A stretch of DNA of 64,000 nucleotides from a candidate division WOR-3 bacterium (lineage in GTDB: Bacteria > Hydrothermota > Tepidihabitantia > SM23-42 > JAOAFX01), in the NCBI GenBank assembly GCA_039802205.1, contig JBDRWD010000001.1:13658-77657 (forward strand), given 5' to 3'. The notes under the pieces were generated by a model. That model made no database searches. It saw nothing but the letters and a program-made list of their open reading frames with translations, and was not told where the DNA came from. Positions 49,295 to 59,014 of the stretch are shown one piece after another. The position numbers and the translations under genes were made by a program. Position 1 is the first letter of the stretch; every line of letters starts with the position of its first letter.

Positions 49295-50548
49295 TTATTT
49301 TACCGCCCGAAAGCGGGCAAAAAAGTTAAAGAAAGTTTCCGGCTTATTTGTTAGTTTTAATCTAAATCTCGGTTCTTTTCTGTAGACCTCGCTGATTGCT
49401 TCACCTGCATAGGTCAAATGCTCGCTGGTATATACCCGGCGGGGGAGAGCAAGACGTAGTTCCTCACCAAATACCCCACCCCTTATCCCTGTTTGTAAAT
49501 AGATCTCGGCTCCGAGAACATAAGCGGCATAAGGTATCTTGACCCGTGGAATAAGCACCACCCCGTGCCCGCCAAATGGTTCAAAGACTTTAACCCCTCT
49601 GGCCTTCAAGATATTCCCTAAGAGATGAACTTTTTCAATGTGGGAACGGAGAAAATCCTCTTCGATCGCCTCTTTTAAACCAACTGCCATCGCCGCTAAA
49701 TCCCGTGCCGCAAGCCCACCGGAACTCGGGTAGGACTCCTGTTCAATGATTCGGGCTTTTAACTTTTCATACAACCCCTTGTCCCGCACGCCAATGAATC
49801 CCCCGATGTTCGTCAAACAATCTTTTTTGCTGCTCAGATATAATATGTCACAATATCGGAACATCTCGTGACAAATCGCTAAGATCGATTTTTTTGTTTT
49901 TGTATACCTTTTTATGAAAAAGGCATTATCGGCAAAACGGCTGGCATCAAAGATAATCAGCCCATTTCGTTTTTTTATTAAATCATAAGCAGCTTGGATA
50001 TTTTCGAGGGAAACCGGTTGCCCCCCTTTTACATTATTGGTCAGGGTCAATATCACTGCTCTCAGTCTTTTCTCTTCTTTTACTGCATTCTCCAGCCTTT
50101 GTAAATCAATATTACCGCAGAAAGGCGGTGTAAAATCCGGAATATCAATAACCATACAGCCGATTCTTTCCAGATTCGCCCGGGTTGTCTCAAAATGGGT
50201 GTTAGAAAAGATTTTATCTCCTTTATTAAAAAGCAGGTTGAAGAGAATATTTTCTGCCACCCGTCCCTGATGCACCGGTTGGATAAAGGGGAAATTAGTT
50301 ATCCCCTGAGCAACCTTTATGAATTCTTCACTCGCTTTTTGCCCGGAAAAATCTTCTTCGGCTTCCATCATTTGCGCCCAGGCGCGAGAACTCATTGCCC
50401 CGGTCCCGGAATCGGAAATAAAATCCAGATAGACATAACGCGCGGGAATCATAAAAAGATTGTAGCCCACTTGCTTTAATATCTTCTTGCGCTCTTCATG
50501 GGTAGTCTTATTCAATGGTTCCACAACTTTTATTCGGAACGGTTCCAT
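49295..50548 (-). CDS. beta-eliminating lyase of the tryptophanase / tyrosine phenol-lyase family
   Basis: N-terminal EPFRIKVVEP…DFISDSGTGAMS aligns with TnaA/TPL. The PLP-lysine motif is SSKKDCLTNIGG. Confidence 0.7.
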   Translation of the reverse strand: MEPFRIKVVEPLNKTTHEERKKILKQVGYNLFMIPARYVYLDFISDSGTGAMSSRAWAQMMEAEEDFSGQKASEEFIKVAQGITNFPFIQPVHQGRVAENILFNLLFNKGDKIFSNTHFETTRANLERIGCMVIDIPDFTPPFCGNIDLQRLENAVKEEKRLRAVILTLTNNVKGGQPVSLENIQAAYDLIKKRNGLIIFDASRFADNAFFIKRYTKTKKSILAICHEMFRYCDILYLSSKKDCLTNIGGFIGVRDKGLYEKLKARIIEQESYPSSGGLAARDLAAMAVGLKEAIEEDFLRSHIEKVHLLGNILKARGVKVFEPFGGHGVVLIPRVKIPYAAYVLGAEIYLQTGIRGGVFGEELRLALPRRVYTSEHLTYAGEAISEVYRKEPRFRLKLTNKPETFFNFFARFRAVK

Positions 50549-50549
50549 C

Positions 50550-52181
50550 TCATTCTCCTTTTAGATTCAAAAGTTTAATTTTTACTTTCTTATTTTGGGG
50601 TTCAAGTTTAAGGACTCTTTTGTAAGTTTCTCGGGCCTTTTCTAACTCACCCAGTTTTAGATATACATCACCTAGATGTTCCAGGATCACTGGGTCCTCA
50701 ACGAGTTCGCTTGCTCGTTTCAGGTCATTAAATGCTGATTCGTAATCACCCAGCTGATAATAGACCCAGCCGCGCGAGTCGATGATATAACCGTTATTCG
50801 GTTCAATGCTCAATGCCCTTTCAATTAAAGTCAGAGCATAATCAAGCCTTTCGCCTCTTTCAGCATAGGTATAGCCCACATAATTCAATGCCGTAGCATC
50901 CAGTGAATCCAGGGCAATAATCTTTTCAAAAAGCTCCAACGCCTCTTCTTTTCTTCCCAGGCGGTCACAAAGATTGGCGAGGGCGGTCAAACCAAATAAT
51001 GCATTGGGATTCAAGGTAAGCGCCTTTTTATAATTAAAATATGCATCATTAAAGGCGCTATCCAGCTCGCAGACAGCGCCCAAAAGATAATAAATCTGCG
51101 CCATATCCGCATTACGATACGCTGCCTCAGTGAAATAATAGCGGGCGCTTTTATAATCTTTCTTATCCATGGCGATAAATCCTGCATATATCCACAACTC
51201 CACAAAATCCGGATTTATTCTTATTGCCTCGGCAATTGCTTTCTGAGCCTCATCATACTTTCGCCTCTCCAGATTGATCCGGGCGATATAGAAACGGGAA
51301 TAATCATCCTGGGGATTAAGTCCGGCACTGATCAGAAATTCACTTAATGCCTCATCAAAGTTTTGGGTTTTGTATAAAGCAAATCCCAGACTCCGCCGGA
51401 CAAAGGCATCGTAATAATCATAATGGAGTATCTCCCGGGCGATGTAAATGAGCTTTTCGTACTGCTCGGTATCCCCGTAAAGATCGAGTAGCCGCTTGCG
51501 TAAATCAATAGAATTGCTCATCCTCAATGCCTGCTCATAATAATAGATTGCCGAGTCTTTTACATTCATGAGATCAAAACCTGTGCCAATGCCTATTAAG
51601 GCAAGAACATTCATACTATCAAGGGTGTAGGCTCTTTTGTAGTATTTTATCGCCTCTTCATGATCCTGCTTCTTACCAAATAGTGTCCCCAGTCGGTTGT
51701 AGATATCAACATTCTTTAAACTATCCGGGATCTCCAGCAGCACGTTTATCGCCTGGCTCAAATCTCCCATGCCTTCATAAAGGACGGCAATACCCTGCAC
51801 TATACTCACATCCGATGGTTTTAGCTCTTTTATTTTCTCGTAGATTTTGATCGCCTCAGGCAGGCTTCCTTTGCCAATATAACCGGCAGCAATGAGCCCA
51901 TAGAACTCAATACTATCTCGGGTATACAAAAGCCCCTGATTGGCATGAGCAATCCCTTTATCAAACTCCCGGAGTTTGTAAAATGCACTGGCTAATGTAT
52001 AATAGATCTCGCTGCTCATCGGATCATACTGGAGGGCCTTCTGGTAGTAATTTATTGCCTCAACAATCTTGCCTTCAAGTTCCAGTTGACAGCCAATGCT
52101 GAAGAGCTCATAGGAATTGCCGGAATGGTTGAAAGAAATAAACCAGAACGCTAAAATTCGACAAATGTAGAGAGTAACCAT
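50550..52181 (-). CDS. TPR-repeat protein with a signal peptide or N-terminal anchor
   Basis: Hydrophobic N-terminus. More than ten TPR units (…YYLLGAVCELDSAFNDAYFNYKKALTLNP…). Confidence 0.6.
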   Translation of the reverse strand: MVTLYICRILAFWFISFNHSGNSYELFSIGCQLELEGKIVEAINYYQKALQYDPMSSEIYYTLASAFYKLREFDKGIAHANQGLLYTRDSIEFYGLIAAGYIGKGSLPEAIKIYEKIKELKPSDVSIVQGIAVLYEGMGDLSQAINVLLEIPDSLKNVDIYNRLGTLFGKKQDHEEAIKYYKRAYTLDSMNVLALIGIGTGFDLMNVKDSAIYYYEQALRMSNSIDLRKRLLDLYGDTEQYEKLIYIAREILHYDYYDAFVRRSLGFALYKTQNFDEALSEFLISAGLNPQDDYSRFYIARINLERRKYDEAQKAIAEAIRINPDFVELWIYAGFIAMDKKDYKSARYYFTEAAYRNADMAQIYYLLGAVCELDSAFNDAYFNYKKALTLNPNALFGLTALANLCDRLGRKEEALELFEKIIALDSLDATALNYVGYTYAERGERLDYALTLIERALSIEPNNGYIIDSRGWVYYQLGDYESAFNDLKRASELVEDPVILEHLGDVYLKLGELEKARETYKRVLKLEPQNKKVKIKLLNLKGE

Positions 52182-52921
52182 AAGCCTCCTGGATTTTTTA
52201 TGGGGTCGTTATTGTAGATGTGATACTTCAACTCCATCCCGATACGCCTGTCAAGGTTCTTGTAGAATAAACTAATTCTGGCATAATCTTGATGATAAAA
52301 TGCTGTATCACTCCGACAGACCAATAGGTTGAGATTGATAAATCCACCATAGTTATCGCCATTCAGAAAATTGTATATCAGATCAACACTCCCATCAAAC
52401 CGGTAATCAGCACCTGCATTTATATCCCAACCGTGATATCGCCAGTGGGGATAAAAACGCCCGTTTAATGCCCAAAGAGATGTCTTTTTGGTCGAGATTA
52501 TCCGGGATGGATGATATTCCGCATTTGCTACTAACAGAGAAAAACGATTAAATACTGGAGTTCCGGATACTTCATAATCGATATCATGGATACAGTCGTG
52601 AATAAAAGAAAACTGACCAAAAAATTTTGAGAAATTATATTCAAATCCAGCAGTAAAATAGTAATGGGCATAGCGCGGATCCAGAGAAACTCCGCCCTTT
52701 TGCTCGGCCATATCCAGGTCATCCCGATAATCCATGAAAAAAGCCCCGGTATTCCATCTTACCATCCTGCAGCGTAACTGGACCGAGGCATCCATGTTGA
52801 ATCGGGTAGTATCACTATTCAGATATTTGCCAAGAAATGCCCGGCCATTAAATTCCATGGGAAATTCCAATCGCGCCCATAAGATAAAAATAATATCAAA
52901 CGCCATACAAGTCCGCCCCAT
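52151..52921 (-). CDS. hypothetical protein, possibly an outer-membrane beta-barrel
   Basis: Alternating hydrophobic/aromatic dyads and a C-terminal …STFVEF ending in Phe. Overlaps the downstream TPR gene by 31 nt. No domain assignment. Confidence 0.4.
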   Translation of the reverse strand: MGRTCMAFDIIFILWARLEFPMEFNGRAFLGKYLNSDTTRFNMDASVQLRCRMVRWNTGAFFMDYRDDLDMAEQKGGVSLDPRYAHYYFTAGFEYNFSKFFGQFSFIHDCIHDIDYEVSGTPVFNRFSLLVANAEYHPSRIISTKKTSLWALNGRFYPHWRYHGWDINAGADYRFDGSVDLIYNFLNGDNYGGFINLNLLVCRSDTAFYHQDYARISLFYKNLDRRIGMELKYHIYNNDPIKNPGGLWLLSTFVEF

Positions 52922-54125
52922 TCATTCCTTTGATTTTACACCAATAAAAATCCCCTATTCTTACTTTGGTTTGTTTTATTATCACCTGTCCATCGATTTC
53001 AGGTGTGGCAAATTCAGCATGACCGATGTAATATTTATTTTTCCCGTGAATAAGCACACGGTAGGTCTTATTCAAACGCCGCCGGTTTTTCTCCTGAATT
53101 AATTTTTGCTGCAGATTCAGCATTGTTGAAAATCTTTTGTTCACAATTTGCGATGGCAATGGTTCCCAAGCGCCAGCCGGTGTCTCTTTTTCGCGATAGT
53201 ATTTAAAAACCCCAAACCAGTCAAAATGACCTGCTTTCAAAAAATCATAGAGTTCTTTAAACTCTTCCTCGGTTTCTGAAGGAAACCCGACGATGACCGT
53301 GGTTCGTAAAGTTATTCCCTTTAATTTTTCAATTTTTTCAATGATTTCTCTTTTTGTGATATTACGATTCATCAATTTGAGAAGACGTTCGTTGATATGC
53401 TGGAGCGGCATCTCCAGGTATTTACAAACTTTCGGGTTATTCCTTACCTCCGCGATGATTTCATCATCAAGCGAACGGGGATGGAGATAGAGCAATCTTA
53501 TCCATTCAATACCATCTATCTGGGAAATCTCCCTGATTAAAGGCACCAGCATCTTTTTGCCATAAAGATCCACCCCGTATCGAGCGGTGTCCTGGGCAAT
53601 GAGAATCAGCTCCTTAACCCCAAGCCCAGCCAGGGCCCTGGCTTCTGCAAGTAGATGGTCAAATTTGATACTTTTATACGGACCTTTGATAAAAGGAATT
53701 GTGCAATATGAGCAGTGGTTTGAGCACCCATCAGCAATCTTTAAATAGGCATAGCCCGCAGTGGTGAGAAGTCGGGCATCACGCCGGGAATTTTTTTTGA
53801 CAATATGGCGGATGAGTTGGTCTCTCTCTTCTATGAAATACCAACCTGCCACATCAGGAAATTCTTTTTTCCAAATTTTGCGTGTCCGGTTGACCGCGCA
53901 ACCATAGACAAAAATTTTTTTCTTTGATTTAAGGAGTCGTTTTATCTCCGTGCGGGTCTCACGCAAGGCCGGTTCAATAAAGCCGCAGGTATTTAGGATT
54001 ACCACATCGCTCTCTTTTAAGTGAGAAACAATGATCGCTCCTTTATTTTCCAATTCCCCCATTATCTTTTCGGTATCCACAAGATTTTTCGGACAGCCGA
54101 GTGCAATAAAATATACCTTAATCAA
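52896..54125 (-). CDS. rimO: ribosomal protein S12 methylthiotransferase (radical SAM MTTase family)
   Basis: N-terminal MTTase domain (KVYFIALGCPKNLVDTEKIMGEL). Radical SAM CSNHCSYC. C-terminal TRAM-like domain. About 410 aa. Confidence 0.75.
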   Translation of the reverse strand: MIKVYFIALGCPKNLVDTEKIMGELENKGAIIVSHLKESDVVILNTCGFIEPALRETRTEIKRLLKSKKKIFVYGCAVNRTRKIWKKEFPDVAGWYFIEERDQLIRHIVKKNSRRDARLLTTAGYAYLKIADGCSNHCSYCTIPFIKGPYKSIKFDHLLAEARALAGLGVKELILIAQDTARYGVDLYGKKMLVPLIREISQIDGIEWIRLLYLHPRSLDDEIIAEVRNNPKVCKYLEMPLQHINERLLKLMNRNITKREIIEKIEKLKGITLRTTVIVGFPSETEEEFKELYDFLKAGHFDWFGVFKYYREKETPAGAWEPLPSQIVNKRFSTMLNLQQKLIQEKNRRRLNKTYRVLIHGKNKYYIGHAEFATPEIDGQVIIKQTKVRIGDFYWCKIKGMNGADLYGV

Positions 54126-54549
54126 TTTTTATCAATTTAACATCTGCCCAGGCGATTATCTCACCATCAACCTGTTTGATTTCAGCCTGCGCTTTCACGA
54201 GTTTATATTTCACCGCCATTATCCGACCGGTAGCAAGGTATTCCGCACCGGCAAACATCGGCTTTTTTATCCGGACATTCAACTCAGCGGTCACCGCCTT
54301 ATGACCTTTTTTAAAAGATGCCCAGACCGCCATTTCATCGAGGATGGTAGCGATAATCCCACCGTGAATGATATTTTGATATCCTTGGAATAATTGAGTA
54401 AGACGGAGTGGTGCCCAAACCCCGGCTTCGTTCTCCCGTATCTCAAGATGCATACCCACCGGGTTTTCCGACCCGCAGGCAAAACACCGGTTGTCCATCA
54501 AAAATTTATTGTTCAATGATCTCGGTCCCTTTAGGTGGTTTGAATTCAA
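54118..54549 (-). CDS. PaaI/YbgC-type hotdog-fold thioesterase
   Basis: N-terminal CFACGSENPVGMHLE and a hotdog core (GGIIATILDEMAVWAS). About 140 aa. Confidence 0.65.
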   Translation of the reverse strand: MNSNHLKGPRSLNNKFLMDNRCFACGSENPVGMHLEIRENEAGVWAPLRLTQLFQGYQNIIHGGIIATILDEMAVWASFKKGHKAVTAELNVRIKKPMFAGAEYLATGRIMAVKYKLVKAQAEIKQVDGEIIAWADVKLIKID

Positions 54550-55120
54550 ATAGTTTCCGGGAAATTTTTTTATTTAACTGGATGTTCCGGAAAGTAAACT
54601 TGTTCTCCGAATCGGTTTCATCTACAATACTGACCCCTTTGATCTCATATCTCTGCCGGTCAATACTCACGACTATTTTCTTATAGATTTCCGTAGCCTG
54701 CTTAGGTGTCAAAATTATCTCATAATCGCTATTTTTATTCAATTGGGCGTTAAACTTCTCCTGATAATCCTTAAGCAGGATATCGGGATTAACAGCAAAG
54801 GGGATATTCGCACCCAAATGCTGCCTTATCGCCTTTTTCCGTTCGGGAAAATAGATCCATAACGAAATGCTATCTCCAACATAAATTTGCCGCGGATTTT
54901 TTATCTCCATCCGGAAGAAATTGGGTTTGAGAAAATAAATCAAACCTTCAAAGCTTTCGCAGCTCCCCGATTCTTTGTCACAGAACTGCTGATGGAATTC
55001 GATATAAAAACTCTTCAAATTCTGATAATTGGCTATTGTCCTCTCGATTACTGTATCAAGATCTTGGGTAAAACCCATGACGAAAACACCGATCAATACT
55101 ATGAGAGTATTTTTACCCAT
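54506..55120 (-). CDS. LolA-like outer-membrane lipoprotein carrier / sorting protein
   Basis: Signal peptide. Size and sequence pattern of the LolA family (…NYQNLKSFYIEFHQQF…LIYFLKPNFFRMEI…). Confidence 0.5.
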   Translation of the reverse strand: MGKNTLIVLIGVFVMGFTQDLDTVIERTIANYQNLKSFYIEFHQQFCDKESGSCESFEGLIYFLKPNFFRMEIKNPRQIYVGDSISLWIYFPERKKAIRQHLGANIPFAVNPDILLKDYQEKFNAQLNKNSDYEIILTPKQATEIYKKIVVSIDRQRYEIKGVSIVDETDSENKFTFRNIQLNKKISRKLFEFKPPKGTEIIEQ

Positions 55121-55184
55121 TGGTCCTTCCTTTCATGATTTTAATTTTACATAGAAACAAGTCAATGTCAATGATTGCGGGATA

Positions 55185-55793
55185 TTATTTTCGCATTCGT
55201 CCCAGTTCAAAAGCCTTGATATTTAAATCTTGGTACTGTGGTTTGACATTTTCCTTTATCGCCTCCATCCAGATTTGATCCGGAAGATCAAGATAATGAG
55301 CCAGACTCCCGAGCAGCACAACATTAGCCACCCGCACATTGCCCAAACCGAGTGCAATCTCCTGAGCTGGCACCACTTCCACATTACCAATGGTTTTTAA
55401 TGTCTCAATTATCCCCTTAGGATATGTTTTCTCTTCGGCTAAAACACTCATCGGCGGCAGTTCCAGATCGTTCACAATTATCCAGCCATCCTTTTTTAGA
55501 AAATAGCTATACCGTAAAGCTTCAAGTTTTTCAAATGCCAGGATAAAATCCGCACAGCCTTCTTCAATCAGTGGCGAATATACCTTTTTTCCGAATCGGA
55601 CATGAGTAATCACACTCCCGCCGCGTTGAGCCATACCATGGATTTCGCTCTTTTTTACATCATAGCCAGATAAAAAGGCGGCGGTGCAGAGAATGTCCGA
55701 CGACAGCAGGATACCCTGGCCGCCCACTCCACAGATGATGACATTCGTCGTTTTATCTCCATGTGATTTCATCTGTTCATTCTTTCTTTTCAT
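55185..55793 (-). CDS. iorB: indolepyruvate:ferredoxin oxidoreductase, beta subunit
   Basis: Pyruvate/2-ketoacid oxidoreductase gamma-type domain (NVIICGVGGQGILLSSDIL…EIHGMAQRGGSV). Immediately downstream of iorA. Confidence 0.75.
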   Translation of the reverse strand: MKRKNEQMKSHGDKTTNVIICGVGGQGILLSSDILCTAAFLSGYDVKKSEIHGMAQRGGSVITHVRFGKKVYSPLIEEGCADFILAFEKLEALRYSYFLKKDGWIIVNDLELPPMSVLAEEKTYPKGIIETLKTIGNVEVVPAQEIALGLGNVRVANVVLLGSLAHYLDLPDQIWMEAIKENVKPQYQDLNIKAFELGRMRK

Positions 55794-55796
55794 TTT

Positions 55797-57575
55797 TCAA
55801 TCCTTTTTTGAAGAATGAATTGCCCCATGGTGGCATACTTGAATACAGAGACCGCATCCGTTGCAGAGCGTTGGTTCAATAAATGCAACTGGCTTCTCCC
55901 GCCCCACAATCCTTTCCAGGCGGAGCGCTGGACAGCCGAGGCGTAGACATAATTTACAACCATTGCATTTTTCAATATCTACCACCAGCGAAGGCTGGGG
56001 TTTCTTAAGGAAGACACAAGGACTCCGGAAGATGAGCACAGTGACACCTTCAAAATCCAGTGCTTCTTTTATTGCCTGTTCGGTTTCCTTAAGATTCATC
56101 GGATCCACAACCTTCACAAACTCCACCCCGCAACCCCGGGCAACATCCTCGGGGAGAATTCTTTTTCCTTCTTCACCGTGGGCGAGTCTTCCTGTACCGG
56201 GATGAGGTTGATGACCGGTCATGGCGGTCGTCAAATTATCAAGGATGATAAGGTTCAAATTTCCTTTATTGTATACAGCATTCATCAAACCTGTGACACC
56301 CATATGAAAGAATGTAGAATCCCCAATAACCGCAACCAATTTTTTACTCAATTCCTTGCCGCCAGCTTTATCCATTCCGTGGGCATTCGTCACCGAAGCC
56401 CCCATGCAGATACAAGTATCCATGGCATTCAAAGGGGGAAGGGCACCCAAGGTATAACACCCTATATCTCCTGTGGCGATGAGTTTCAATTTATTTATCA
56501 CATAGAACACACCCCGTTCCGGACAACCCGGGCAGAGCACAGGTGGTCTTTCCGGAATATCTTTCAAATCAAATTTTGGTTTATAAACCCTTTTACCAAA
56601 ACTCTTTTTTATCACCGTGGGGTCAAGTTCTCCGCATAACGGAATCTTCTCTTTTCCAATAACCTCTATTCCCATTGCCTTTATCTCCTGCTCCAATATC
56701 GGATCGCCTTCTTCAATAACCAAGATCTTTTTGACCTGCCGGGCGAATTTTTTTATCAGATTTCTGGGTAAGGGGTAGGTCAAAGAAAGTTTTAAAAAAC
56801 TGGCTTCCGGAAAAACCTCCTTGGCGTACATATAACTAACCCCGGAGCTTATTATTCCTAAGTTTAGGTCCCCCCATTCAATCTTGTTGTAGGGAAAAAT
56901 CTCCCCATATTCGGCAATTTTCTTCAACCGCTCTTCCAGCTTCTGATGTAAGATTCGCGCATGGGCTGGCAGCACGAGTCTTTTTCGAATATCTTTGATG
57001 TAGCCTTTTATCGGAATTTCCTTGCGCGATCCTAATTCTACAATCCCTGAGGAATGAGAAATCCGGGTGGTGAGGCGTAAAAGAAAGACACTATCAAATT
57101 TTTCCGAGAGTTCAAATGCCATTTGAGTAAAGAGCTTTGCTTCGTTAGAATCGGCTGGCTCCAAAAGCGGAATTTTGGCATGTCGGGCATAGTGCCGATT
57201 ATCCTGCTCATTCTGAGAAGACCACATACCTGGATCATCACAGGTGACGATGATCAGTCCGCCGGTGACCCCGGTGTAGCCCAAGGTAAACATCGGGTCC
57301 GCCGCAACATTCAGTCCCACATGTTTCATCGCAGTGAGCGCCCGCGCACCAACAAATGATGCTCCGGCACAGGCTTCAAGTGCCACTTTTTCATTCACCG
57401 ACCATTCGGTATAAATATCCGGATATTTGATGATATTCTCCAGTATCTCGGTGGATGGTGTCCCGGGATAGGCCGCAGCAAAATGACAACCACCTTCCCA
57501 GGCACCCCGTGCCACTGCTTCATTACCAGAAAGAATTCTTTTGGCAATCGTCGTCATAATCGTTATTATAATCAA
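55797..57575 (-). CDS. iorA: indolepyruvate:ferredoxin oxidoreductase, alpha subunit
   Basis: TPP-binding domain (GDSTFFHMG). C-terminal 2x[4Fe-4S] ferredoxin motifs (CNGCKLCLRLGCP, CNGCGLCIQVC). About 590 aa. Confidence 0.8.
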   Translation of the reverse strand: MIIITIMTTIAKRILSGNEAVARGAWEGGCHFAAAYPGTPSTEILENIIKYPDIYTEWSVNEKVALEACAGASFVGARALTAMKHVGLNVAADPMFTLGYTGVTGGLIIVTCDDPGMWSSQNEQDNRHYARHAKIPLLEPADSNEAKLFTQMAFELSEKFDSVFLLRLTTRISHSSGIVELGSRKEIPIKGYIKDIRKRLVLPAHARILHQKLEERLKKIAEYGEIFPYNKIEWGDLNLGIISSGVSYMYAKEVFPEASFLKLSLTYPLPRNLIKKFARQVKKILVIEEGDPILEQEIKAMGIEVIGKEKIPLCGELDPTVIKKSFGKRVYKPKFDLKDIPERPPVLCPGCPERGVFYVINKLKLIATGDIGCYTLGALPPLNAMDTCICMGASVTNAHGMDKAGGKELSKKLVAVIGDSTFFHMGVTGLMNAVYNKGNLNLIILDNLTTAMTGHQPHPGTGRLAHGEEGKRILPEDVARGCGVEFVKVVDPMNLKETEQAIKEALDFEGVTVLIFRSPCVFLKKPQPSLVVDIEKCNGCKLCLRLGCPALRLERIVGREKPVAFIEPTLCNGCGLCIQVCHHGAIHSSKKD

Positions 57576-57627
57576 AAGTGGCAGTGGGTCAATGATTTTT
57601 CTTCTATCGGAAAAATTAATTATCTTC

Positions 57628-57655
57628 TTGACGCTCGTATTTTTTCATGTATAAT
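57628..57655 (+). promoter_or_regulatory. sigma70-like promoter (TTGACG-16 nt-TATAAT) upstream of glnA
   Basis: TTGACG at 57628-57633 and TATAAT at 57650-57655. This overlaps the tool-predicted ATG at 57647 and favours the Met at 57665 as the start. Confidence 0.3.
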
Positions 57656-59014
57656 AAAAGACCTATGAGGAAAAAAACTTCTACTGACTTAAAAAAAAGT
57701 ACCCTGGTAAAGGCAGGCGTAAAATTTATTGACCTTAAGTATTGCACCCTCATCGGAACACTCAATCACATCACCATCCCGGTGGAAAGATTTGAAGAAA
57801 TGGTAAATGAAGGTGTCGGGGTTGACGGTTCGAGTTTGCCTGGCTACAAAGGTGTTCAAAAAGGAGACATGCTGTTATTTCCTGACCTCAATACCGGCTT
57901 CATCGACCCATTTTTTGAAGATAAAACTCTCTCCTTTTTATGTAGTGTCTATCTACCAGATAAACTCGTGCCTTACGAAAGGGATTCGAGGAATATTGCC
58001 ATCAAAGCCACCAACTATCTGCAAAAAACCCTCCGCACTCAGGCTTTCTTCCAACCTGAACTTGAATTCTATATCTTTGAGAAATGTGTCTTCGGTGAAG
58101 GTCCGGGTTGCGGTTACTATAGGATTGAAACCGGTGGCGATGCAGAAAACAATGTCTACTATCCCATACGTTATAAAGGTGGATACCATATCGGTCCACC
58201 CGAAGACCGTTATGCTAATTTCCGCAATGAGATGATAAAATTGCTCAACAATTGTGGGATAAAGGCAAAATATCATCACCATGAGGTCGGTTCCCGAGCT
58301 CAGATGGAGATAGAGTTGCTACTGGAACCACTCCTGAAGGCTGCGGATAATATATTTTTGGCCAAATATCTACTGAAATCTTTTGCCCATAGGCACAACA
58401 AATATCTCACCTTCATGCCCAAGCCGTTCCTCGGCGAACCAGGAAACGGACTCCATCTTCACCAGTATTTGGGTGAAAGGAACAATTCGCTTTTTTATGA
58501 CCCAAAGAAAAACAATAATCTGAGCGAATTATGTCTCAAATACATCGGCGGTATCCTTCATCATTCCCGGGCTCTTTGTGCCTTTACCAACCCTAGCACC
58601 AACTCCTATAAGCGTCTAATCCCCGGCTTTGAAGCCCCCACTTATACCGATTTTGCCTTAGGCAGTCGGACCTCGGCGATTCGCGTTCCGGCCTATATCC
58701 GCAATAAAAAAGAACTGGACATCGAATACCGAATTCCCGATGCTACCAGCAATCCATATCTGGCGATTAGTGCCATCCTCTTGGCAGGGCTTGATGGGAT
58801 TGAAAATAACCTTAAACCCGATAAAAGAGAAAAACTACCAACCAATTCCTATGAGGCTATAAATGCCCTGAAAGAAGATTACAAATTCCTGCTCAAGGGC
58901 GATGTCTTCAACATGGATCTCATCGAGCGCTGGATTGAAGTAAAAACCAAGGAGTTTGAAGAAATCCATCTCCGTCCCCATCATTATGAGTTTAATCTCT
59001 ATTTAGGGGTATGA
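57647..59014 (+). CDS. glnA: glutamine synthetase (type I-like). The true start may be the Met at 57665.
   Basis: GS beta-grasp N-domain (…VKFIDLKYCTLIGTLNHITIPV…). Catalytic domain motifs (…KYHHHEVGSRAQMEIE…, …NPSTNSYKRLIPGFEAP…). Confidence 0.8.
   Translation: MYNKRPMRKKTSTDLKKSTLVKAGVKFIDLKYCTLIGTLNHITIPVERFEEMVNEGVGVDGSSLPGYKGVQKGDMLLFPDLNTGFIDPFFEDKTLSFLCSVYLPDKLVPYERDSRNIAIKATNYLQKTLRTQAFFQPELEFYIFEKCVFGEGPGCGYYRIETGGDAENNVYYPIRYKGGYHIGPPEDRYANFRNEMIKLLNNCGIKAKYHHHEVGSRAQMEIELLLEPLLKAADNIFLAKYLLKSFAHRHNKYLTFMPKPFLGEPGNGLHLHQYLGERNNSLFYDPKKNNNLSELCLKYIGGILHHSRALCAFTNPSTNSYKRLIPGFEAPTYTDFALGSRTSAIRVPAYIRNKKELDIEYRIPDATSNPYLAISAILLAGLDGIENNLKPDKREKLPTNSYEAINALKEDYKFLLKGDVFNMDLIERWIEVKTKEFEEIHLRPHHYEFNLYLGV

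Noticed and set aside
57575-57665. sigma54-type promoter (TGGCAG-N-TCAATG) upstream of glnA
   Set aside because: It matches only the GG element. The TTGCA/GC element is absent, and a better sigma70-like hexamer pair is present.
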